Shown here piece by piece: positions 56,255-64,000 of a stretch of DNA of 64,000 nucleotides. Within the stretch, counting starts at the first letter, position 1. Every line of letters begins with the position of its first letter. The notes beneath the pieces were generated by a model. It did no database searches and was not told where the DNA came from. It saw only the letters and a list, made by a program, of their open reading frames with translations. Source of the DNA: Maricaulis sp. Lineage in GTDB: Bacteria > Pseudomonadota > Alphaproteobacteria > Caulobacterales > Maricaulaceae. The translations under genes and the position numbers were made by a program. Location: assembly GCA_002692855.1 (NCBI GenBank), contig NZMJ01000046.1, positions 45,838-109,837 on the forward strand, written 5' to 3'.

Positions 56255-57751
56255 TCAAAAACCGTCGAGTTGAAGCGCGATGTAACGCTGTGTTGCGCCG
56301 TTCTGGACCAGCAGCAGGATCGCCGGGCGTCCTTCCGTACGGTTGGCATTCACCGCGTCGGTAAAGGCCTCGACCGTCGCAACGGCTTCGCCGCCCGCTT
56401 CGACAATGATGTCACCGGGGCGCAGGCCCTTCTGGGCCGCTTCGCTGCTGCGTTCGACATTCTCGACCAGTAGGCCAGCGACGTCCGCGCCTTCCTCGAG
56501 GCTCGGCGTCAGCGACATGCCGAAATAGGTCTCGGCCGGTTCCGGTTCGCCAATCGAAGGTGTGGAATTGAGCGTTTGCTCGTCCGGGCGCTCGCCCAGG
56601 CGCACGCGGACCGTTTCCTCGCGGCCGTCGCGCAGCACGGTAAAGCGCACCGTCTCGCCCGTACGCGCCGAACCCACCCGGCGCGTCAGCGCGCTGGCGC
56701 CATCGATCGGGTCATCATTCATCGCCAGAACCACGTCGCCGCGGCGCAGACCGGCGTCAGCGGCAGGCCCGCCGGCAACCAGTGAACTGACGATCGCACC
56801 GCGCCGGCCTTCCAGCCCCACGCTGTCGGCGATGTCTTCGGTCACGTCCTGGATCTGGACGCCGAGCCAACCTCGCGACACGCGTCCGGTCTCGATCAGC
56901 TGATCGACAATCGACGCTGCAACGTCGGAAGGTATGGCAAAGCCGATCCCGATATTGCCTCCGGTCGGCGACAGGATCTGCGAGTTCACACCGATCACAT
57001 TGCCGTTCAGGTCAAAGGTCGGACCGCCGGAATTGCCGCGGTTGATCGACGCATCGGTCTGGATGAATTCATTGTAGTTCGCCAGGCGGCTTTCGCGGCC
57101 CGTCGCGGAAACAATACCCGCCGTTGCGGTGCCGCCGAGACCGAAGGGATTGCCCACGGCCACGACCCAGTCACCCACCCGGACGTGCGGCTCGCGGTCA
57201 AGCCGGACGAAGGGAAAGGACCGGTCGTCTGCGTTTTGAACCTGCAGCAGCGCAATGTCGGTCAGCGGATCTGAACCGACAATCGTCGCGTCAAGCTCGG
57301 TGCCGTCAGACAGCACGACGGTGATTTCCGTGCCGTCTTCGATGACGTGATTGTTGGTGACCACGTACCCGTCTTCAGAAATGAAGAAGCCCGAACCAAG
57401 CGAGATGCCTTCGCGCATCTGGGGCTGGCCCTGCTCGCCGAACTGGCGCTCGAACCATTCGCGCATCTGGGGCGGCAATTGGTCCAGGTCGGGAATGCCC
57501 TGCCCGCCCTGCATGCTGGGAAGCTGGGACTGGACCCGGACATTGATCGAAACGACCGCCGGGCTGACCCGCTCGATGAGGTCTGCGAACGACATCGGCG
57601 CACCTTCCGGTACGGCGGCCGTCATCGGCGTGCGAACTTCCTGGGCGTCGGCGGACGAGTAACCGCCCGTCATCACTGCTCCGGCGGCGAGCGCCGTCAG
57701 TGCGAAAAGCGAAACGCCTACAAGTCGGTTGATACGTGACGTAGCAATCAT
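56255..57751 (-). CDS. degP: Do/DegP family periplasmic serine protease
   Basis: GSGF, VTNNHVI, DIALL, INRGNSGGP, two PDZ domains. Confidence 0.92.
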   Translation of the reverse strand: MIATSRINRLVGVSLFALTALAAGAVMTGGYSSADAQEVRTPMTAAVPEGAPMSFADLIERVSPAVVSINVRVQSQLPSMQGGQGIPDLDQLPPQMREWFERQFGEQGQPQMREGISLGSGFFISEDGYVVTNNHVIEDGTEITVVLSDGTELDATIVGSDPLTDIALLQVQNADDRSFPFVRLDREPHVRVGDWVVAVGNPFGLGGTATAGIVSATGRESRLANYNEFIQTDASINRGNSGGPTFDLNGNVIGVNSQILSPTGGNIGIGFAIPSDVAASIVDQLIETGRVSRGWLGVQIQDVTEDIADSVGLEGRRGAIVSSLVAGGPAADAGLRRGDVVLAMNDDPIDGASALTRRVGSARTGETVRFTVLRDGREETVRVRLGERPDEQTLNSTPSIGEPEPAETYFGMSLTPSLEEGADVAGLLVENVERSSEAAQKGLRPGDIIVEAGGEAVATVEAFTDAVNANRTEGRPAILLLVQNGATQRYIALQLDGF

Positions 57752-57837
57752 GTGTCGATCATTCCCTGTGTCTGGACAGACCCTGTCACTCGCACAATCC
57801 ATGCCGCGTGCGACGTAACGCGAGCGTGGCGCGAGTC

Positions 57838-57852
57838 TTACGAAAACATTAC
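57838..57852 (-). promoter_or_regulatory. Tandem GTAA direct repeat, putative OmpR/CpxR-type operator
   Basis: Minus strand GTAA-tgttttc-GTAA (11-bp period) upstream of degP-RR-HK. Confidence 0.45.
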
Positions 57853-57874
57853 ATGATGAGACTTTGGGGCGAGT

Positions 57875-59095
57875 TCAAGACGCCCGCGTGGTTCGAACGA
57901 CGACGGGTTCGTGAAGCGTGCGGTGAACCGGGCACCGGTCAGCGATCTCCATCAGGCGATCCAGCTGTTCGGCGTCGAGGTCGCCTTCAAGGCGGATAGT
58001 CCGTTCGAAAATGTCGACCTTGCGCTTTTCCTCGCCGCAATGAGCGCAGTCGTCTGCGTGATCCTTGTTGTGCTTGACCGTCACCGTGACGCGCTCAAGC
58101 GGCCATGACTTGCGATCAGCATACATCCGGATCGTCATCGAAGTGCACGCACCCAGCGCTGCGCTCAACTGCCCGTAGGGGGTCGGTCCGGATCCCAGCC
58201 CGCCATAGGATTCCGGCTCGTCGGTCAGCCCGATGTCATCGCCGTCCACGACCCAGTTCTGGAACTTCCCTTGCCGGGTCTCCTGGACAACCACGCCCTG
58301 CGGCACGGCACGTGGCGGTTCAGGGAGCCTGTCTTCGGCAGCATAGCGTTCGGCCCAGGCCGCGATCACGTCCGCGACATGCCGGGCATCATCCTTGCCG
58401 CTCAGCAAATGGTCGGAATGGTCAAGGCTGAGAAAGCTCTTGGGGTGCTTCGCGGCCACGAACAGCCGCGTCGCGTTCTCGATGTTGACGGTCTCGTCGA
58501 CGGGCGAGTGAGCGATCAGGATCGGCTTTTTCAGGGTCGCTGCCGCATCTTCAAGCGAGCGGCCCTCGATGTCGCGCAGGAACTGGCGGGTGATGCGGAA
58601 GGGCCGGCCGGCGAGCGACACATTGGCCGACCCGGTTTCCTCGATCTCGTCGAGCTGCGCGTTGAATTGCTTGCGAACGTGATCCGCGTCGGCGGGCGCG
58701 CCGATTGTGACCACCGCCTGGACGGAGGCGATGCGGTGCGCGGCAGCGATCACGGCTGCGCCGCCCAGCGAATGGCCGATCAAAAGGCGCGGTGCTTCGT
58801 GATGCTCCGCCAGGAAGGCGGCGGCCTGGACGAGGTCCTCGATATTGGACGAGAAATTGGTGTTCGAGAACTCGCCGTCGGAATGACCAAGTCCGGTGAA
58901 ATCAAACCGCAATACCGCAATGCCCTGCCGCGCCAGACGCTGTGACACGCGGGTCGCGGCGAGAATGTCTTTCGAACTGGAAAAGCAGTGCGCGAAAAGC
59001 GCGAAAGCCCTGGGAACCCCGGAGGGGCGTTCCAGCCGTGCTGCCAGCCGGTCGCCGAATGCACCGTCGAATTCAACCCGTTCTGATCTGGCCAT
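57875..59095 (-). CDS. Bifunctional alpha/beta hydrolase / OsmC-family protein
   Basis: AHCF, RFDFTGLG, GHSLGG; OsmC part LGACTSMT and RCPVHRTL. Confidence 0.92.
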   Translation of the reverse strand: MARSERVEFDGAFGDRLAARLERPSGVPRAFALFAHCFSSSKDILAATRVSQRLARQGIAVLRFDFTGLGHSDGEFSNTNFSSNIEDLVQAAAFLAEHHEAPRLLIGHSLGGAAVIAAAHRIASVQAVVTIGAPADADHVRKQFNAQLDEIEETGSANVSLAGRPFRITRQFLRDIEGRSLEDAAATLKKPILIAHSPVDETVNIENATRLFVAAKHPKSFLSLDHSDHLLSGKDDARHVADVIAAWAERYAAEDRLPEPPRAVPQGVVVQETRQGKFQNWVVDGDDIGLTDEPESYGGLGSGPTPYGQLSAALGACTSMTIRMYADRKSWPLERVTVTVKHNKDHADDCAHCGEEKRKVDIFERTIRLEGDLDAEQLDRLMEIADRCPVHRTLHEPVVVRTTRAS

Positions 59096-59174
59096 TCCTG
59101 CCTCCCTTGGGAGGAAAGACATGGGGCAGATCAACGCCGTGTGCAAACCACCCGGCGCAAGGGATGCGCCGAGC

Positions 59175-59534
59175 TCAGCTCGGGCTCGGCTGTTTTCGCG
59201 ACGCGCGCACCAGCATCATCCCGCCACCGGCGAGCAAAAAGAGCGGGAAAAGCCAAAGTCCCAGCGTGTGCCAGCCAAAGGGCGGTCGCAGCAAAACTTC
59301 GTCGCCATAACGTGCCGCCAGCGCGGCGCGGACTTCGCGCGACGTTTCTCCGGCCGCCACGCGTTCGATCACGAATCCGCGCATGTCTTCGGCGAGCGCA
59401 GCGTCGCTGTCTGCGATCGACTGTCCTGCGCACACAACGCAGCGAATTTCCTGCATCAGGGCGCGCGCCTGGTCTTCCTGGGCCGGAGTGAGGGATGCCT
59501 GCATCGACACCAGGAGGGCGATGAGCACGTTCAT
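59175..59534 (-). CDS. ccmH: Cytochrome c biogenesis protein CcmH (CycL)
   Basis: IRCVVCAGQSIADSDA, RYGDEVLLRPP. Confidence 0.92.
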   Translation of the reverse strand: MNVLIALLVSMQASLTPAQEDQARALMQEIRCVVCAGQSIADSDAALAEDMRGFVIERVAAGETSREVRAALAARYGDEVLLRPPFGWHTLGLWLFPLFLLAGGGMMLVRASRKQPSPS

Positions 59535-61465
59535 GGGAGGGACTCCCTGCGGCGTCCGGCCACCATCCCGGAGAGGGCCGACAGGCCGCCGAGCGCGATC
59601 ATCATGGCCCCGAGACCGAGCAGCCAGGTGAAGGGGTTGAAGGACATGCGCACTTCAAAGGCCATTTCACCATCGTCGCGCGGTCGCGGTTCGCCGAGCA
59701 CGGCATAGAGGTCACCCGTCAGGGTCGAGCGAATATCAACCTCGCGCGTATTCTGCCCTGCCGCGGTGTAGAAACGGCGCTCCGGGTTGAGCACGCCAAT
59801 CCGGCGTCCGTTTTCGGTCACGATCAGTTCGGCCTGATCGGCCAGATAGTTCGAACCATCCGCGCGGCGCACGGAAGCCAGCGCCACACTTCGCCCGCCC
59901 AGCGTCATGACTTCGCCGGGAGCCAGCGCCCGCACCTGTTCGGCCTGCCCCGTGGAGTCGGCAGCCGCACCGAGCGCGATCAGTCCGACACCGGCATGTG
60001 CCAGACCTCGCCCGAAAGCTGACAGCCGGGGAGCCAGCCCGGCCAGGGCGCGGCTTTCGAAAATGTCCGTCACCGCGCCGCCCAGCGCCCAGCCGCCTAC
60101 TGCGGCACCTGCAACCGCCAGCAGACTGCCACCAGCCAACAATACGCCCAGTCCGGCCGCAGCGCCCGGTACCAGCCACACCAAGGGACGCCACGAAATG
60201 GCTGTTCGCTTCAGGCCGCCCCCCCGCCACGGAAGATAGGGCGCGAACGGGATCAGGATCAGGAGCACCGCCATCAGCGGGGTCGCGGCGCGGTTGAAAT
60301 AGGGTGCACCGACCGACACCGCCCGCCACCCAAGCGCGTCAGCCAGCAGCGGGTAGATCGTGCCGCACAATACCACGCCAGCGGTTACTGCGAGAAAGAG
60401 GTTGTTGAGACCGATGAAGGCTTCACGGCTTGTCGGTTCGAACCCTTCGCCCTCGCCCAGCTTTGCCGCGCGACATCCGAAGATTGCGAGCCCGCCCCCA
60501 GCCAGGACCGCCAAGATGGCCAGTATCCACAAGCCGCGCTCCGGATCGAGCGCGAAGGTATGGACCGAGGTCAGGACACCGGACCGGACCAGGAAGGCAC
60601 CGAGCGCAGACATCGAAAAGGCGAGCAAGGCGAGAAGGGCCGTCCATCCGGGAAAGGCGCCGGTGCGCTGCGTCGCGATGGCGGAATGGATCAGGGCTGC
60701 CGTCACGAGCCAGGGCATGAAGCTGGCATTCTCCACCGGGTCCCAGAACCACCAGCCGCCCCAGCCGAGCTCGTAATAAGCCCACCAGGCGCCCAGCGAG
60801 ATACCTGCGGTCAGCGCAACCCACGCACCGACGGCCCAGGGCCGCAGCGCCCGCGCCACGACCTGTCCGCCGCGCCCCTCGATCAGCCCTGCCAGTGCCA
60901 GGGAATAGGCGGCAGAGATGCCGACATAGCCTAGGTAGAGCATGGGCGGGTGCAAGGCGAGCGCCGGATCCTGGAGGATCGGATTGAGATCAGCGCCTTG
61001 CAGCGGAACGTCTGCGAGGCGGTCGAACGGGTTGGACGTGAAAACCAGAAAACCGAGGAACAGGAGTTGCAATCCACCCTGTATCGAAACGGCGCGCAGC
61101 CTCAGCCCTTCATCGGACCGGGGGCCGAACCGGGCCAGTCCCGCTCCCACTGCAGTCAGCAGCAGGCACCACAGCAGCATCGAGCCCTCATGACCGCCCC
61201 ACGCCGCCGCCACCTTGTAGAGAAGCGGTTTGTCGACATGGCTGTGCCCGGCGACATAAGCGACCGAAAAATCGGACACCAGAAACAGGTGGATCAGTAA
61301 CGCAAAGGCCAGCATCAGTGCCGTCATCGAGGCCTGGGCCGCCCGGCCTGCGACTTGGCAAGCGATCGGAGAGGATGTGCCGGCTGCCCGCCACCCCGCG
61401 GCGAGCTGCAGGGCCGAAAGGATCAGCGCAAGGGCGACCAGAAACCGGCCGACCTCGGCGATCAT
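59531..61465 (-). CDS. ccmF: Cytochrome c heme lyase subunit CcmF
   Basis: WGGHEGS, HPPMLY, WAYYELGWGGWWFWDPVEN, RSGVLTSVH. Confidence 0.95.
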   Translation of the reverse strand: MIAEVGRFLVALALILSALQLAAGWRAAGTSSPIACQVAGRAAQASMTALMLAFALLIHLFLVSDFSVAYVAGHSHVDKPLLYKVAAAWGGHEGSMLLWCLLLTAVGAGLARFGPRSDEGLRLRAVSIQGGLQLLFLGFLVFTSNPFDRLADVPLQGADLNPILQDPALALHPPMLYLGYVGISAAYSLALAGLIEGRGGQVVARALRPWAVGAWVALTAGISLGAWWAYYELGWGGWWFWDPVENASFMPWLVTAALIHSAIATQRTGAFPGWTALLALLAFSMSALGAFLVRSGVLTSVHTFALDPERGLWILAILAVLAGGGLAIFGCRAAKLGEGEGFEPTSREAFIGLNNLFLAVTAGVVLCGTIYPLLADALGWRAVSVGAPYFNRAATPLMAVLLILIPFAPYLPWRGGGLKRTAISWRPLVWLVPGAAAGLGVLLAGGSLLAVAGAAVGGWALGGAVTDIFESRALAGLAPRLSAFGRGLAHAGVGLIALGAAADSTGQAEQVRALAPGEVMTLGGRSVALASVRRADGSNYLADQAELIVTENGRRIGVLNPERRFYTAAGQNTREVDIRSTLTGDLYAVLGEPRPRDDGEMAFEVRMSFNPFTWLLGLGAMMIALGGLSALSGMVAGRRRESLP

Positions 61466-61905
61466 TCGCCTTCTCCCTGCCACATGCCCTGCTCGCGGAG
61501 CGCATCGGCCACTTCGCGCGGCATGTACGTCTCGTCGTGCTTTGCGAGCACGTTGGACGCGTCGAACACGCCGTCAGTCATCAGATGGCCTTCGGCGACG
61601 ATGCCCTGCCCCTCGCGGAACAGGTCCGGCAAGGCCCCGGCATAAGCGACGCGAATCGTGGCGGCATTGTCCGTCAGGGTAAATTCAGCACCGCCCGATC
61701 GGGGGCGCACCACGCTGCCGGCCTCGACCAGCCCGCCCACCCGGATCCGTTCGCCCGCAGGCGGAGGATCGGCCGCGATCTCGGACGGGCTGTAGAACAA
61801 CACCAGCGCATCACCGAAGGCGAGCAGCATCAAGCCCAGCGCTGCGGCCAGAACCACGCCGGCCCCGCCGACCATCCACAATCTCTGGCGACTCTTGCGC
61901 ATCAA
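61462..61905 (-). CDS. ccmE: Heme chaperone CcmE
   Basis: RVGGLV, LPDLFREGQG, VLAKHDETY. Confidence 0.95.
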   Translation of the reverse strand: MMRKSRQRLWMVGGAGVVLAAALGLMLLAFGDALVLFYSPSEIAADPPPAGERIRVGGLVEAGSVVRPRSGGAEFTLTDNAATIRVAYAGALPDLFREGQGIVAEGHLMTDGVFDASNVLAKHDETYMPREVADALREQGMWQGEGE

Positions 61906-62843
61906 TTCTCTCCACCGCGCGCAGCCAGCGCGGCGTCTGCAACGCTCACGATCGCGAGGGCGCCCTCATCCCCGGCGAACCGGGTACGGGCAGACTCCAC
62001 GGCCTCGCGGGCCAATTCGGTTTCGCCCATCATGGCGCGAACCCGCATCAGGACCAGATAGTCCGACAGCGACCCTTCGCCGCGCGCCACCCGGTCGGAC
62101 AATCGCGCGACCATTCCCGCGATGCGCTCCTGCGGCGTCACTTCCATGTCGCCGTCCTGCTGCGCGGCGGTCACCGCGATCGAGTCGACATCTGGCCTCG
62201 ACAGCAGGTCGGCCGCTTGCCTCGCAATGATCTCTCTGAAGGGATTGCCGGCTTCAAGACGCGCCAGGACGGCGGTCCAGTGCTGAACCGCCCGGGCGCG
62301 GTCACCGTCCTGATATGCGCCAAGTCCGAGGAAGAATCCGGCCTCGGGCAGGTCGGGATTGCGGGCCAGGGCCGCTTCAAACGCCGAGCGTGCGTCGGCG
62401 GTGACTTCACCCTCATTGAGATTGATCAGGGTCTGCCCCAGATCCGAGAAAGTCCGCGCCTGCGGATCCAGCGTCAGCGCGCGCTGAAACGCGCGGATTG
62501 CCTCGATTTCTTGTTCGCTGCGCGCCAGCTCCCGGCCCAGGAGGCCCCACGCTTCAGCATCGGTATCATTCTCTCGCAGGATGTCGCGAAGCCGCTCGAT
62601 CCGCGCGGCCGGCTCCAGTTCGGCCGGGTCGCTCTCGCGGCGCTCTGCAGCGGCCTGCTGGTAAGGCGCTCCAGCCTGATTGGGCGATCCCCCGATCCAG
62701 TAGACGCCCCCGGTTATGAGCAAGAGACACGCAGCCCCCACGGGTCCGGCCCACTTGGGAATACCGGCGCCACGTATCGGCGCCAGCACGAAGATTGCCG
62801 CGAAAGCGCCGATCAGTGCTGCTGCCATCCCCAGGACAATCAT
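61902..62843 (-). CDS. ccmI: CcmI/CycH-like TPR protein
   Basis: Two TM helices, YWIGGSP, TPR repeats, IAGMVARL; first ccm gene of the operon. Confidence 0.75.
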   Translation of the reverse strand: MIVLGMAAALIGAFAAIFVLAPIRGAGIPKWAGPVGAACLLLITGGVYWIGGSPNQAGAPYQQAAAERRESDPAELEPAARIERLRDILRENDTDAEAWGLLGRELARSEQEIEAIRAFQRALTLDPQARTFSDLGQTLINLNEGEVTADARSAFEAALARNPDLPEAGFFLGLGAYQDGDRARAVQHWTAVLARLEAGNPFREIIARQAADLLSRPDVDSIAVTAAQQDGDMEVTPQERIAGMVARLSDRVARGEGSLSDYLVLMRVRAMMGETELAREAVESARTRFAGDEGALAIVSVADAALAARGGEN

Positions 62844-63490
62844 GCCGACCTCCGGAAGATGAGAGACAGGTTGTTGGCGGGCATGCCGATCCGGCGTTCG
62901 AGCGCGAAGCCGCCTTCGGCGAGCAGGGAGACGACTGCGTCCAGATCGCGCACCCCCCAGTCAGGATTGCGCATCCGCAGGCTTGCGTCGAAGTCGAGAT
63001 TCGACGGCGCCGTTTGCGCACCGTCCTTGAATGGACCGTAGAGAAAGAGGAACCCGCCCTCGCGCACGAGTTTTGATGCGCTTGCGACCAGCCCTTCCGC
63101 CACGCGCCACGGCGCAATGTGGATGACATTCATGCAGACGAGCGCATCCACCATGTCCAGCCCGTCATGCCAGTCAGGCACCGAGGCATCGATCGCCAAG
63201 GGGGCGAGCAGGCCGGGCAGATCGTTAGCGCGTGCCGCACAGCTGCCCCGGGAGTCGGGGTCGAGTTCGGATGTTTGCCAGTGGATGTCCCAGCGGGCCT
63301 GACAGCAGGCCTCGCCGTGCTGACCCGTTCCGGAGCCGATTTCCATAACGCGTGCGTCGGCCGGCAGAAGCGCGGTGAGCACGTCGCGAATTGGAACGGC
63401 GTTACGCGTGGCGCTCGGCGAATAAAGCCGGGCGTCCCGGCGTGCGCGGTCTTCCAGCGCGACGAGACGGGAATTGGGGTCAGTGGTCAT
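62840..63490 (-). CDS. DUF938 family SAM-dependent methyltransferase
   Basis: SPSATRN, EIGSGTGQH, NVIHIAPW, YGPF, WGVRD, MPANN. Confidence 0.9.
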   Translation of the reverse strand: MTTDPNSRLVALEDRARRDARLYSPSATRNAVPIRDVLTALLPADARVMEIGSGTGQHGEACCQARWDIHWQTSELDPDSRGSCAARANDLPGLLAPLAIDASVPDWHDGLDMVDALVCMNVIHIAPWRVAEGLVASASKLVREGGFLFLYGPFKDGAQTAPSNLDFDASLRMRNPDWGVRDLDAVVSLLAEGGFALERRIGMPANNLSLIFRRSA

Positions 63491-63538
63491 GGCAGGCGGG
63501 AGTAAGCGTTGCCCGCCGCATGCGCAAGCGTCAGAACG

Positions 63539-64000
63539 TCACGCCGCCAGGGCCGCAGCATTGCGGCGGCGTGTCAGACTGGCGCTTTCATCCTGTCCCA
63601 GCGCTTCTTGCAGCCGGGCAATGACGTCCAGCCCCGCAGAAGCAAGTAATTGAGTCTCGCCCTCCGAGTGCTGCAGGATATTGATGATGTGGCCAAAGCA
63701 GTCTTCGAGCGCACAGATCGCGCCGTCCTCGGCCTTTTTCTGAACGCTTCCGATCGCGGCCTGGGATGCCCAATCTCCCGCAGCGCCCAGAAAGCGCAAT
63801 TGCGCTTCGGCTCGCGCGATAATTGCTTCGTCGGCAGGCTCGACAGGTTGCATAGTCCGGTCAGCGCCCTTACGCGGAACGGGCAGCGCAGCCTCGAGGA
63901 CCTTCGGGGTGTTCGAGAAGAGCTTTTCCAGGTCTCCGGACGTCTGAGCGCGCAGCGCAAACAGCGTCTTGCCCCAGCGGCCGTCTTTCCGGATACCAAA
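63539..64000 (-). CDS. Hypothetical protein (5'-truncated by window edge)
   Basis: Frame open from 64000 (FGIRKDGRWGKTLFALRAQ...) through the 104-aa ORF to the stop at 63539. Confidence 0.65.
   Translation of the reverse strand, partial: FGIRKDGRWGKTLFALRAQTSGDLEKLFSNTPKVLEAALPVPRKGADRTMQPVEPADEAIIARAEAQLRFLGAAGDWASQAAIGSVQKKAEDGAICALEDCFGHIINILQHSEGETQLLASAGLDVIARLQEALGQDESASLTRRRNAAALAA

Noticed and set aside
60026-60036. 11-bp match (CCGGGGAGCCA) to the tRNA-Asn 3' end as an attR site
   Set aside because: It lies inside ccmF, is short and GC-rich, no integrase is present, and the intervening genes are core

Overview
GC-rich chromosomal segment of a stalked/prosthecate Alphaproteobacterium, most likely Maricaulaceae/Hyphomonadaceae-like (inferred from popZ, pleC, a Cle-type receiver and a Caulobacter-type Fur box). 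It is mostly core genome: xth, valS-popZ-tolC-pcm, selU/selD, gltX-nadE, HU, class II DAHP synthase-gor-rpiA-gabD-glmU, an Fe3+ ABC transporter, dusA, pleC, an ECF sigma module, glnE, degP with a two-component system, ccmIEFH and three tRNAs (Cys, Asn, Val). I saw no CRISPR array, transposase, integrase or prophage. The most notable features are: (1) an AT-rich, apparently promoterless Schlafen/AlbA_2-ATPase gene inserted between rpiA and gor; (2) a ~250-bp non-coding stretch between convergent genes with nine GANTC (CcrM) sites, seven of them TGAATC; (3) a candidate ~76-nt sRNA directly behind two tandem CtrA-like boxes; (4) two 69-bp REP/dRS3-like palindromic doublets with compensatory changes bracketing a DUF2975-HTH cassette. 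All calls come from motif recognition by eye, and no database searches were run.
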